A stretch of 64,000 nt of DNA from Sphingobacteriales bacterium (GCA_018262795.1 JADFDM010000001.1:280283-344282), one strand, 5' to 3'; positions 44,001-53,507 are shown, counted from the first letter of the stretch. Program-made: numbers and translations. The notes: generated by a model not told the origin, from the sequence alone.

Positions 44001-46848
44001 TTACCGTTAAGTCAATACTGCCGGTAGAAGAACCGGCACAGGTCGCATCTTGATGAGTACTGCTAAGAGTAACTGCGCTGGGTGCTGCAATAACTACCGA
44101 AGCAGTTGCAGAGCAGGAATTGGCATCCGATACATTGACTGTGTAGCTTCCGGCATTCAGGTTGGTTCTGTTTGAACTACCGTTGCCGTCATTCCAACTG
44201 AAAGAATAAGGAGCCACACCTCCGCTGGCGGCCATAGAAATAGTTGCGTTGTTTCCTCCAAAGCAAGAAACATCTGTATGGGTTTCATTCAAGGTAAGGC
44301 TGCTTCCCTGCTGAATGCTGATGCTTTGAGAAGCTGTGCAGGAATTAGAGTCGCTAACGGTTACAGTGTAATTTCCCGAAGCCAGACTGCTGATGTTTTG
44401 AGTATTAGCGCCATTGCTCCATGCAAAGTTATAAGCATTGCTTCCTCCGCTTACGCTCAGTTGAATACTTCCGGTAGCAGAACCTCCGCAGATTTCATTC
44501 ACATGCGTTTCGCTGATTTGTATCGGAGCAGGCTGCTGAATAGTTCCCGAAGCGGTAACGGTGCATCCGATAATATCATTGGCTGTGACCGAATAATTTC
44601 CTGCCGATAAGTTGGATCTGTTCTGATTGTTGTTGCCATCATCCCACAGATAGGTATAAGACCCCGAATCACTTACTGATACATTAATAGCGCCATTGCT
44701 TAATCCATCGCAAGTCACATCGGTGATGCTCAGGTTCAGCGTTGCTAAAGTCGGTTGGCTTATCGTTGTGGTGGACGACACCGAACATGCGTGCATATCG
44801 GTCACCGTTACGGAATAAGTTCCTGCCGGTAAAGTATCTCTGAGTTGCGTGTTTCCGCCATCATTCCAGGTATAGGTATAAGGGGCAAAGCCGCCTGTCA
44901 CATTCAAATGAACATAACCATCTGTTCCGCCAAAGCAAGTTACATCACCACTCGCAGCAGTCAGTTGAATTGCTGATGGCTCATGGATGGTGTAGGCCGA
45001 AGCGGTGGTGCAGCCGTTATGATCGGTGACAGTTACATCAAAATTTCCCCCCGTAAGATTGCTTCTGTTTTGAGTAGCAACCGCATCCGACCAGTTGAAT
45101 GAGTAAGGGCCGACTCCGTTGCTGACCGCTAAGGAGATGCTGCCATCATTCGCTCCACTGCAATTTACATCGGCTGTAGTGGCATTAATAATTATCGGGA
45201 ACGAAGGTTGTGTGATGGTGACACTTTGAGCCGCAGTGCAGGCGTGGTTATCTGTTACCGTTACCGCATAGGTTCCCGATGCAATACTGTTGAGGTCATC
45301 GGTAGTGGCAGCGGGATTCCACGCATAAGCATACGGAGGTAAACCGTTACTTACCGATAAGTCAATGGCCCCGTCTTGGCCGCCATAGCAAGTCACGTTT
45401 TTCTGAGAAGTAGAAAGGCTCATTGCCGTATAAGGTTGTATGGTAGCCGAAGCAACTGCACTGCATCCATTGCCATCGGTTACGGTGACTGAATAAGTGC
45501 CTGAATTAATATTGATTCGATCGGGAGAGATGATGCCGCTGCCCCACCAGTAGGTGTAAGAGCCGGTTCCTCCGCTTACGCTCGTAAACACCGAGCCGGT
45601 AGGTCCGCCCGAACAAGCAAGAGGAGAGGTGGAAGTGCTCACGCTGACCTGTAAAGGTTGAGCGACTGTGTCAGAAGCACTGACCGAACAGCCTTTGTTA
45701 TCGGTCACCGTTACTGAATAAATTCCGGGAGATAAGCCAATTCTGTTTTGCGAAACAATTCCTCCGCCCCAATTATAAGAATAGGGCGAAGTGCCTCCCG
45801 ATACCGAAGTAGTGATGGCTCCATTGTTGCTGGCATAACAAGTAAGGGGAATTGCGTTTACATCTAAAGTCAATAGGGGGGGATCTGTAAGGTTCACTGT
45901 TTTGCTGGCGGTGCATCCGGTAAAAGAAGTGGCGGTAACGGTATAAGCGCCTGCGGCTAAACCGGTGTTGTTGGCACCGGTGCCGCCATTGCTCCAGTTG
46001 TAGGAGTAAGGGCCTGAACTGCCAATTACATTGATGATGTGAATACTTCCGTCATTCCCATGATAGCAATTTGGATTCGTGAAACTGCTGTTGATGCTCA
46101 TGGCTCCGCTCACTTGATTTACAGTAGCGCTCATTGTTACCGAACAGTTTATTTGATCGGTCACCGTAACGGTATAAGTGCCAATGGCTAATGAAGTTCT
46201 ATCTTCAGCGGTGGATCCATCGTCCCATACATAAGAGTAAGCTGGGTAACCGTATTGCACCGTCAAATTTATTTGACCGGTATTGCCGCTGCAACTCGCA
46301 TTGGTCACTGTTGCCGAAGGCACCATGCCCATAGGCTGGGTCACATTAGCAGAGTCAATTCTTACACATCCCGCAGCATCTGTTATCGTGACCTTGTATA
46401 TGGCTGCCGTGATGCTGCCTCTATCTTCCGTTGCAGCGCCATCGCTCCATACAAAAGTATATCCGGGAGTTCCTCCGGCAACTGAAAAATCAATGGCTCC
46501 ATCATTTCCTCCGCCACAAGTAACGGGAGTAATAATGGAGGAAGAAGAAAGAGCGGCAGGCTCGTTGATGCTAACGGATAGGGTGGCGGTGGCCCCCAAA
46601 AAATCGGTCACGGTCACCGTATATAGGCCGGTAGAAATATTTATCCGGTCTTTGTTACTATTGCCATCGGCCCAAGCGTAAGAGTAAGGGGCAAGCCCTC
46701 CCAAAGTGCTTATGTCTATGCTTCCGGTGCTTTCTCCGTGGCAGCTTACATCCGTGTGTGTTTCGCTGACAGATATAGAGGCATTTGCCGATTCAATAGC
46801 AAACGAAAGTGAGATCAATAAAAATAGTCCTCGTAATAAATTTCCCAT
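41071..46848 (-). CDS. SprB-repeat adhesin-like protein with T9SS type B CTD
   Basis: About 22 ~76-aa repeats C..G..GSI.L.VSGG..PY.Y.W....T....L.AG.Y.VTVTD.NGC. CTD FVPNAFTPNNDGNND...FNRWG...WDG...GVYIY. Confidence 0.93.
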   Translation of the reverse strand: MGNLLRGLFLLISLSFAIESANASISVSETHTDVSCHGESTGSIDISTLGGLAPYSYAWADGNSNKDRINISTGLYTVTVTDFLGATATLSVSINEPAALSSSSIITPVTCGGGNDGAIDFSVAGGTPGYTFVWSDGAATEDRGSITAAIYKVTITDAAGCVRIDSANVTQPMGMVPSATVTNASCSGNTGQINLTVQYGYPAYSYVWDDGSTAEDRTSLAIGTYTVTVTDQINCSVTMSATVNQVSGAMSINSSFTNPNCYHGNDGSIHIINVIGSSGPYSYNWSNGGTGANNTGLAAGAYTVTATSFTGCTASKTVNLTDPPLLTLDVNAIPLTCYASNNGAITTSVSGGTSPYSYNWGGGIVSQNRIGLSPGIYSVTVTDNKGCSVSASDTVAQPLQVSVSTSTSPLACSGGPTGSVFTSVSGGTGSYTYWWGSGIISPDRININSGTYSVTVTDGNGCSAVASATIQPYTAMSLSTSQKNVTCYGGQDGAIDLSVSNGLPPYAYAWNPAATTDDLNSIASGTYAVTVTDNHACTAAQSVTITQPSFPIIINATTADVNCSGANDGSISLAVSNGVGPYSFNWSDAVATQNRSNLTGGNFDVTVTDHNGCTTASAYTIHEPSAIQLTAASGDVTCFGGTDGYVHLNVTGGFAPYTYTWNDGGNTQLRDTLPAGTYSVTVTDMHACSVSSTTTISQPTLATLNLSITDVTCDGLSNGAINVSVSDSGSYTYLWDDGNNNQNRSNLSAGNYSVTANDIIGCTVTASGTIQQPAPIQISETHVNEICGGSATGSIQLSVSGGSNAYNFAWSNGANTQNISSLASGNYTVTVSDSNSCTASQSISIQQGSSLTLNETHTDVSCFGGNNATISMAASGGVAPYSFSWNDGNGSSNRTNLNAGSYTVNVSDANSCSATASVVIAAPSAVTLSSTHQDATCAGSSTGSIDLTVSGGTGSYLYAWSNASGNEDLANVPAGNYTVNVTDANNCGASTSVIINEPAAVIVNISMVPVSCNGGNNGSLTASATGGNGTYSYSWNNGISSANISQLNAGAYAVTATDSKGCSATASAMVTEPAIISIAETITHVSCQGGANGSLQTLTTGGNETYTYHWNNGATTQNIAGLSSGSFAVTVTDGNGCSASKAMNVTEPSAIQLTTTTTNAGCSGSNTGSINLSVSGGIPSYQYVWNNGATTQDVSNIPAGNYSVSVIDGNSCVATASVNVNQAPAIQVALSVTDATCFGGANGVISTAVSGGIPLNGNTYFYQWSNAASTQNIGNLTANTYHLTVTDATNCEATASATIAQPSAIQITETHQNISCNGSSDGNIHITSTGGSGSYTYQWSNSATTQSIQNISANTYTLTITDGNNCSAQKSVTITEPAAIALSETHTAYACAGSGGSINIAASGGAMPYSLLWSDGATTQNRTQLNTGNYSVILTDANHCTATQSINIAALPPINTTISKTDVTCNGSPTGEIDLNVSGGIAPYQYTWNTGAGSQDLHQVPAGVYDVLVRDANNCAATNSTTIYQSAAIIISDSTGDVKCYGGNEGTISLSVTGGAAPYSYQWSNTATSQNLSNITAGSYSVTVSDAQHCHKVVSNILVNQPQQFSANALTYPAGCSGTGGAVHLGVSGGTPPYSYLWSTNDSAEFVHDLDAGTYTVTVLDVHGCSLTKSATVSEAQPLMLQAAVHPTSCPEVSNGNIQLTAAGGTPAYSYDWSNGDNTATIEQLAIGIYTVTVNDVHHCSVTASYQVLYDYTLTAQANASQTTTAGQAITLTGQASEDHHNTYSWSPSFGMQCSSCDVTQAIPSSSTTYTFLVKDENGCSATDTVAIEVKAVSSLFVPNAFTPNNDGNNDVLQVYGDMSTVEYFEFQIFNRWGEKVYETNSPRFTWDGSYRGSPSENGVYIYLMKTVFIDGSKSDYKGSITLIR

Positions 46849-46992
46849 AACGACCTTCCGGTTTGAAATAAGTTCCTTAGTCCTATTTCAAGTATCTTTT
46901 ACGACATGTGGAACGAAAAGGTTGCGGGTATTTTATTCACAAGTTTAGGTTCTTCTACTATTGAAAAAGAGTTGGGAAGGCAGGGGGGGATA

Positions 46993-47419
46993 AAAGCTAC
47001 AAGCTACGAGAGGCAAGAGGCAAGAAAAAGAGCTACGAGCTACGAGTCGAGAGGCAGGAAACATAAAACAGAAAACTCCTACCTTTCCCCTTTTAGCTTA
47101 CAACCTTGCTTATGCCATACACTCCCACCTTGTGGGATGACACAAAAATAGGAGAGGAACTTAATGGGTAAGAGGAATGCCTTTACATTTCTCGGAATCG
47201 CAAGAGTTTCGGTTCCCATCCTTTTTAAGGAGGGGTGGTCGAAGACCGGGGAGGTAAATAAGAGCTACGAGGCGAGAGACAAGAAATAAGAAGCAAGGGA
47301 CAAGAGCCAAACAGGCAATCTCTACATTGCGCCAAGCGGGCGAGTCCTTAGTCCATCGGATCAGACTCGGCTTCAGACTATGGATAGTATGGACTGCTGC
47401 GGATACCGTTGAGATTGCC
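46993..47419. repeat. Mosaic of heptamer tracts and REP-like palindromes
   Basis: Heptamer tracts at 46993-47076 and about 47263-47310; hairpin cccac-ctt-gtggg-atgac at 47124-47141; ccttttt/aaggagggg element near 47219-47265; inverted ggcaatctc/gagattgcc at 47314 and 47411. Confidence 0.65.
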
Positions 47420-47479
47420 ATATAGATAGAGTTTAAAAAGCTCGGTAGGATGAAAAGGCGGTTCAACCCCCAGAAGTAC

Positions 47480-47487
47480 TACATTTG
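47480..47487 (+). promoter_or_regulatory. Bacteroidota -7 promoter element (TAnnTTTG)
   Basis: TACATTTG 4 nt upstream of the ATG of the decayed operon. Confidence 0.55.
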
Positions 47488-47491
47488 TAAC

Positions 47492-48271
47492 ATGTGAAAA
47501 ATTGGTTTTATAGAGATTAGAATTGCAGGTTCAAAGGCTAATCTTGACCTAACCCCCACAATTACGATATTCGGGAGATTATCTATATTCTTGAAAACGC
47601 AGAAAACTTATTGTATCCAGACGACAAGAGAGACAGACCAAATATCAGTTACAAAATAGAAGAAGGTTCTGTAAAACTCACTCTTAAAACATCAATTCAA
47701 TACATTATTAGCTTCAATGCAATCATTGGACAAGTAACACAAGTTCAAAATATTGATTTTCTGGATTTAGGCATGGCCAAAGCACTTGAAAACATTCAAG
47801 ACATTGCAACCAAACGCAATTACGTTTTAGCATTAAAACTTCACTTGACAACACTAATGAGGTAAAAGTTGACAAGACCACACAATATTACCGAACCGAG
47901 GCAATTTGGGCAGACGCAGAATTTTATTTCTATGGAAAAGTTACAAATGCAGGCGCAAGGATAAGGCTAATATTCATGTTTATACTGAAGAACTCGGAAC
48001 AGTAAGAATTCAGATGCCAATTCGTTTTTTAGAACCATATGATGAAAACCTACTTTACAAGACATTTGGTATTCGTGCGACAGGTAAGCAACATTCAGAA
48101 ACAGGTGAGGTGGACACATCTACTCTTAAACTCATTGAGTTAGTTGACTATCAACCTAAATAGGATGAACAGTATTTAAAAGCACTTAAGGACAAGGCTA
48201 AAAAGTCTTGGCTCGGTCGCATTAACCCCGGCAATTGGCTAAACGATATAAGAGGAGGTTATGGCGCATAA
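47492..48271 (+). pseudogene. Pseudogene of a ~260-aa hypothetical protein (first gene of a PIN-associated pair)
   Basis: ATG-TGA at the start, -1 frameshifts near 47557, 47826 and 47954, and in-frame TAG at 48161-48163. The pieces join as (M)xKIGFIEIRI...NYDIREII...SIKTSLDNTNEV...FYFYGKVTNAG.KDKANIH...YQPK*DEQYLKALKDKAKKSWLG...GGYGA. Confidence 0.8.
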
Positions 48272-48739
48272 GTCTGTATTACTTGACATAATTTTCCCCT
48301 TCGTTTCCTAAACGACAGCGACCCTCTTTTCAAAAATGCGGACGGCTATTTCCGTTACTGCTTACAGAAAGAAATTACAATGATAATTTCAACAATTAGT
48401 ATTGCAGAATATTGTGTTGGAGGTGATGTTCACGAACTCCCATTAAGAAACTTACAAATTGTCCCTTTCAATTTAGACCACTTCAAACGGACAGGAGAAT
48501 TCGCCAAAATAGTTTTTCGAAATAAAGGAAAACTCAAATGGAAGGAACGGAACATTATCCCAAACGATACAAAACTTTTTGCCCAAGTTGCTTACAATAA
48601 GACTATAGAATTTTACTTGTCATCTGGCACCGGGAGCTTTAAAATTTTCAATCTACTAAAGCAAGAAACAGCCCCTAAATTTCAGTTCATTGACTTGCAT
48701 ACACCATTCAATGAAACATTTGGACTACTTGACCTGTGA
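48261..48739 (+). pseudogene. Frameshifted PIN-domain (VapC-like) protein
   Basis: ATG overlaps the previous stop. MAHKSVLLD then a -1 frameshift near 48295 into LRFLND...ISTISIAEY...IPNDTKLFAQ, giving the acidic PIN residues D, E and D. Confidence 0.75.
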
Positions 48740-48812
48740 CGAAAGAAGAACTACCGCTAACACGTACTACTTGACAATGTGGGGTGCTTATAGTGTGGCT
48801 GCGCCTATTTCC

Positions 48813-49619
48813 CTATTTCAAAAAGGTCTCTTTCATCACCATATAAACGCCTATCAAAAGGATAAACCAACCGAATGATTTCTTGAGTTGATTACCCCTT
48901 ATAAACCGGCTTAGGTAGCCGCCCATCAAAATGCCACTAATAGAAAAACCGGCAAAGGTGAGCAGGAATAGCCAGTCAATGGAAGAAGCACCGGCAAGGT
49001 CGCCCATAAATCCTATAAAGCTATTCACCGCAATTAAAACTAAGGAAGTGCCAATCGCTTTTTTTATCGGCAACTTCGCCAAATACACCAAGGCGGGAAT
49101 GATAAGAAATCCTCCTCCGGCTCCTACCAGCCCCAGAAATCCGCCAATAATAATGGCATAGAAAATCAAGAGGGTATAACTGATTTTTCCTTCTCCAACC
49201 GTAGTTTCATCTTCCTCTTTTGCACGAATCATTTTATAGGCCGCTCCGAATAGTACGATGCAGAAGATGAGCAGAATAAAATGATTTTTATCTACCGGAA
49301 AGCCCCCCACTTCAAAAAGAATGTCGGGCATAGCGGGTATCACAAAACGTCTCACCGAGAAAATAGTGAGAAGAGAGGGAATGCCATAGTAGAGGGTAAC
49401 CTTATAATCCACTAAGTGGTTTCGAATGTTTTGAACCGCCCCCGAAAGTGCCGTCACCCCCACTAAAAAGAGAGAATACCCGGTAGCCACCGAGGCCTCG
49501 ATATGGAAAAGATACACCAACACGGGGATGGATAGCAGAGCCCCACCGCCCCCCAGTAAACCCAATGCCAAGCCTGTGAGCACCGCACCGGTATAGCCCA
49601 ATATCATAGATATATCCAT
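48813..49619 (-). CDS. Sulfite exporter TauE/SafE family membrane protein
   Basis: LGLLGGGGALLSIPVLVY, GLVGAGGGFLIIPALV and AIGTSLVLI; internal two-fold repeat. Confidence 0.92.
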   Translation of the reverse strand: MDISMILGYTGAVLTGLALGLLGGGGALLSIPVLVYLFHIEASVATGYSLFLVGVTALSGAVQNIRNHLVDYKVTLYYGIPSLLTIFSVRRFVIPAMPDILFEVGGFPVDKNHFILLIFCIVLFGAAYKMIRAKEEDETTVGEGKISYTLLIFYAIIIGGFLGLVGAGGGFLIIPALVYLAKLPIKKAIGTSLVLIAVNSFIGFMGDLAGASSIDWLFLLTFAGFSISGILMGGYLSRFIRGNQLKKSFGWFILLIGVYMVMKETFLK

Positions 49620-49685
49620 TCGGTAAAGATTCATAATTTCTGCAAAGTCGAAGCCTACTAAAAATTATCACTTATCTTAGCCGCC

Positions 49686-50114
49686 ATGTTTTTCAAAAGA
49701 TTTATTAGCCTTCTTCTCGTTGTCCTCATTCTGATGGCCGAAAGTGGACAGACTGTGTTCGCACACACCTGCTATAAATCGCATACCACCTCTTACAGCC
49801 TATACTCTCCGCAAGCCTGCAACACGGCTCCGGTTAAACAAAGTTGCTGCGATACGGAGCAGCCGGGCGAGACCGATCATTGTAAACTCAGTAAAACTGC
49901 TTGCTGTGGCTTATCGTCCGTCTTTGTAAAGTACAGCTTCCCCGCCAACAACTTTGAAATACAGAAAACAGAAGTGCAACAAGCGATGCTTAGCCTGCTG
50001 CCTTTAGTGATGGTGTACCCCATATCTGAATTCAGCACCCCCTCTTCTTTCGCCCATTCGCCTCCGCTTTTTCGATTGCACAGCGCTGTGTTTTTACAAG
50101 TTTTCCGCTGTTAG
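49686..50114 (+). CDS. HYC_CC_PP-like Cys/His-rich protein
   Basis: Signal-like N-terminus, HTC motif, two CC pairs and C-terminal HSPP; upstream of a TBDR and an HMA gene. Confidence 0.75.
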   Translation: MFFKRFISLLLVVLILMAESGQTVFAHTCYKSHTTSYSLYSPQACNTAPVKQSCCDTEQPGETDHCKLSKTACCGLSSVFVKYSFPANNFEIQKTEVQQAMLSLLPLVMVYPISEFSTPSSFAHSPPLFRLHSAVFLQVFRC

Positions 50115-50236
50115 ATTTCTCTCATTTTTTCGGGGCAAGAAATAGACTTTACTAAGAATAAAGTACCGTAGCGCCTTAGGCGTACTGCAATCGGTATTCT
50201 CCGCCCCTCATTCTTTTACTTTTTAAATTTTTGAAA

Positions 50237-52441
50237 ATGAGAAATAGATGGATTGTGATGCTGATGTTGATATGGGCGACAGTCGTTCAAGCGCAAACAT
50301 CCACCATCACAGGCTTTATCATAGAATATAACGGGGAAGGCAAAAATGTTCCGATTGCCGGAGCCGTAGTAGGTGTAAAAGGAACCACCCACGCCACTGT
50401 TGCCAATGAAAAAGGAACCTTTACGCTCAATGGAATAAACCCCGCCACCGATACCCTCATCACCAATTCGGTTGGCTATTATTCCGACACTCTGGCGCTG
50501 AAAGGCAATACTGTGGTGAGCATTGTGTTGTATCCCCTGCAATTAAAAGCGGTGGAAGTAAATGCCCGCAAAGTCACCAAGATGACCATGACGGCCATGA
50601 ATGTGGAGGTGATTAATTCCGCTGATTTAACCAAAGATGCCTGTTGCAACTTGAGCGAATCATTTGAAAACTCAGCCACAGTAGATGCCAGCTACAGCGA
50701 TGCCGTTTCGGGCGCTAAGGAAATTCGCATGTTGGGCTTAGATGGTGTGTACACGCAGATACTGGAAGAAAATATTCCCGGCATACGCGGCTTGGGAAGT
50801 ACCTTTGGCCTTAATTACATCCCCGGCCCGCTTATGGAATCTATACAGGTAAACAAAGGCGCGGGCAGTGTGGCCAACGGCTATGAGTCAATGACGGGGC
50901 AAATAAATATTGAGTTCAAAAAACCGCAAACGGCCGATAAACTGTATGTGAATCTGTTTGTAAATCAGGATGTAAAAACAGAGTTGAACATCATTACCGC
51001 CCATAAGATGAAGCGGGGTTGGAGTTCACTTTCTTCGCTGCAAGGGCATTACAACTGGTTGAAGATGGACATGAATAAGGATGGATATCTCGACAATCCT
51101 TTAGTGAAAAACCTAAATATGTTTCAGCGCTTCACTTATGAGAGCAACACAGGGTTTGGCTTTTGGAGCGGAGTTACCGTGAACCTCGAAGATCGCTTAG
51201 GAGGGATGAAAGGTTTTAACCCGAAGGAAGATAAATGGCAGCAAGACCAGTGGGGGCTGCGCCTGCAAACTCAAAGGGTAGATGCTTTTGCCAAAACGGG
51301 TTGGTCGTTTCACGATCATTCCAGTGTGGGCATCCAGTATAAATACTTTTATCACCATCAGCAGGGCTATGTGGGTCGTAGAGATTATAACGCCACCGAA
51401 CATTTTGGCTACCTCAATGTGATTTACCAGCAGGAGATTGACGAAAGAGAAGATTTGATTAGAGTAGGAGCTTCCTTTCTGGCAAACAATGTGCAAGAGG
51501 TATTCGATACTTTCAATCGGAAGCGATTAGAGTTGGTGCCGGGTGCGTTTGCAGAAACAGCGCTCAACTTCGGAGCCGATAAGAAAGTGATTATGGTAGG
51601 AGGGATGCGGTTTGATTACCACAACCTGTACGGGGCTTTTGCCTCTCCGCGCTTTAATATCAAATGGAATATTGTTTACGATTTAAGCTTGCGCTTAAGT
51701 GCCGGCCGGGGATATAGAGTGCCCACCATTTTTGCCGAGAACTTCGGCTTGTTAGCCAACAATCGTGAAATTACCATTGATCCAGCTATCCGCTACGAAG
51801 AAGCCTGGAACTACGGAGCCAATCTGACTTATAAATTCAATCTCAATTTTCACGAAGGAATGATAAGTGTAGATTATTACCGCACCGATTTTGTGAATCA
51901 AATGGTGGTAGATTTAGAGGATGCGCGGAAACTTCAGTTCTACAATCTCAAAGGCAAATCATTTGCCAATGCCGTGCAGGTGGACCTCAGTTACGAGCCT
52001 ATTAAGCACTTCGATGTAAAACTGGCCTACAAGTTTGAGCAGAACAAAACCGATTATGTAGAGGGAAGAAGGGTGTTTCCGCTCCGTCCCCAGCATCGAG
52101 GATTAGTTTCCCTCGGCTACACTACTCCAAAAGAACACTGGCGCTTTAACACCAGCTTGAACTGGTTTGGCAAAACCCGCATTCCGGACACGTTTGTCAA
52201 TGATGCCACCAACCAGCGCGATATACAATCGAAAGACTGGTTTCAACTGAATGCACAAATCACCTTTAAGTGGAAGCAGTGGGAAGTGTATGTAGGCGGA
52301 GAAAACCTAATCAACTTTGTGCAGAAAAATCCGATTATTGCCGGTGATACTCCTTTCAGCAATCAGTTTGATGCTTCGCTGATTTGGGGGCCTTTAAGAG
52401 GAGCTATGGCTTTTGCTGGAGTCCGTTTTGTGCTAAAGTGA
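50237..52441 (+). CDS. TonB-dependent receptor, heavy-metal-associated type
   Basis: ACCNLSESFE, MLGLDGVY, ESIQVNKGAGSV.NGYESMTGQINIE and FDASLIWGP motifs. Confidence 0.9.
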   Translation: MRNRWIVMLMLIWATVVQAQTSTITGFIIEYNGEGKNVPIAGAVVGVKGTTHATVANEKGTFTLNGINPATDTLITNSVGYYSDTLALKGNTVVSIVLYPLQLKAVEVNARKVTKMTMTAMNVEVINSADLTKDACCNLSESFENSATVDASYSDAVSGAKEIRMLGLDGVYTQILEENIPGIRGLGSTFGLNYIPGPLMESIQVNKGAGSVANGYESMTGQINIEFKKPQTADKLYVNLFVNQDVKTELNIITAHKMKRGWSSLSSLQGHYNWLKMDMNKDGYLDNPLVKNLNMFQRFTYESNTGFGFWSGVTVNLEDRLGGMKGFNPKEDKWQQDQWGLRLQTQRVDAFAKTGWSFHDHSSVGIQYKYFYHHQQGYVGRRDYNATEHFGYLNVIYQQEIDEREDLIRVGASFLANNVQEVFDTFNRKRLELVPGAFAETALNFGADKKVIMVGGMRFDYHNLYGAFASPRFNIKWNIVYDLSLRLSAGRGYRVPTIFAENFGLLANNREITIDPAIRYEEAWNYGANLTYKFNLNFHEGMISVDYYRTDFVNQMVVDLEDARKLQFYNLKGKSFANAVQVDLSYEPIKHFDVKLAYKFEQNKTDYVEGRRVFPLRPQHRGLVSLGYTTPKEHWRFNTSLNWFGKTRIPDTFVNDATNQRDIQSKDWFQLNAQITFKWKQWEVYVGGENLINFVQKNPIIAGDTPFSNQFDASLIWGPLRGAMAFAGVRFVLK

Positions 52442-52519
52442 AAAAATAGTTAAGTCGTTTTGTGTAAACCAATATCTTTAAATCTATCCGTTAACTTTAA
52501 AAATCAAAAACCAAAAATT

Positions 52520-52876
52520 ATGAAACCAGTAGTCAAATCATTTATTGCCTCTTTCGCACTCATATTTTTTATGTCGCTTGGGTTATATGCCACCGAAAGG
52601 CATAAAGCCGAAACAGTGAGCATTAAAACATCCGCTATTTGTGAGTCGTGCCAAAAGCGAATTGAGAAAGCACTTTTAGCAACACCCGGAGTAGAAGCCG
52701 CAGTGCTGAACCTAAACAACAAAAAAGTAAAGGTGAAGTATGACCCCATCACCATTAATCTCGATCAGATTCGCTTAGTTATCTCCAACACCGGATACGA
52801 TGCCGATGACGTAAAAAGAAATGAGGAGGCGTTTAAAAATCTTCCCGATTGCTGCCAAAAGCCAATGAAGGAATAA
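52520..52876 (+). CDS. Exported heavy-metal-associated (HMA) domain protein
   Basis: Signal peptide, ICESCQKRIE (CxxC), GYDA and C-terminal LPDCC. Confidence 0.9.
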   Translation: MKPVVKSFIASFALIFFMSLGLYATERHKAETVSIKTSAICESCQKRIEKALLATPGVEAAVLNLNNKKVKVKYDPITINLDQIRLVISNTGYDADDVKRNEEAFKNLPDCCQKPMKE

Positions 52877-52905
52877 TAGAAACAAAGAGACTGAATATAG
52901 TTCTC

Positions 52906-52938
52906 AAAGCGGTCAGCCAAAAGCTGATCGCTTTTTTT
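52906..52938 (+). terminator. Intrinsic terminator after the HMA gene
   Basis: Stem aaagcggtcagc/gctgatcgcttt followed by a T run. Confidence 0.75.
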
Positions 52939-52997
52939 ATGCCTCTCTGAGTCGCTACCTGCTATCTCTATTTAATTCGTGATTTGACACTCCGTAT

Positions 52998-53297
52998 TTA
53001 CTGCTTAGTAAATATTTGCCCGGAGATTAAATCCTTCAAAACATATTTCAGTTCTTCTTTGGCACTGCCAAAAGTGTATTCATCGGGATTCTTTTTTAAG
53101 GAAGCAAATTCTTTCTTCTTTAATTTTTCAAACTCAGAAATACATTTCTTTCTGTCTTTGCTTCCGGCACTTTCCGTCATTTTCTCCACTTCAGAAACAA
53201 GTTGCAGCAGTTCAGTGGTATTTGCCTTATTGAATTCCAACACATCGGCTTTCTCCCAAAGTGCGGTCAGTTTTAAGCAGGTTTCATTATCCAGCAT
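52998..53297 (-). CDS. Hypothetical charged helical protein (99 aa)
   Basis: Clean ORF filling the gap; Lys/Glu rich; no motif recognised. Confidence 0.55.
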   Translation of the reverse strand: MLDNETCLKLTALWEKADVLEFNKANTTELLQLVSEVEKMTESAGSKDRKKCISEFEKLKKKEFASLKKNPDEYTFGSAKEELKYVLKDLISGQIFTKQ

Positions 53298-53507
53298 AGG
53301 GTATGTTTATTGGTGAAACTAAATTAATTTTTCACCGCACCACTGTGTATGGGCATCTTCAACGAGAAAATTTAGAAGACCGGATGAAGTGAGAGAGCGA
53401 GCACCGTACACTCGCTTTTTAAAAATGTTTATACAGTGGAGAACTTTGACCTGAATAACAAGAGTCGCTGCGAGGTTTATTTATTTTTGTCTTTCAACTT
53501 TACAGCT

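Noticed and set aside
47161-47466. 101-aa minus-strand ORF and overlapping 46906-47151 ORF
   Set aside because: They are translations of heptamer tracts and palindromes, not protein-like sequence.
47611-48163. Separate small genes at 47611-47865 and 47906-48163
   Set aside because: They are fragments of one frameshifted gene.
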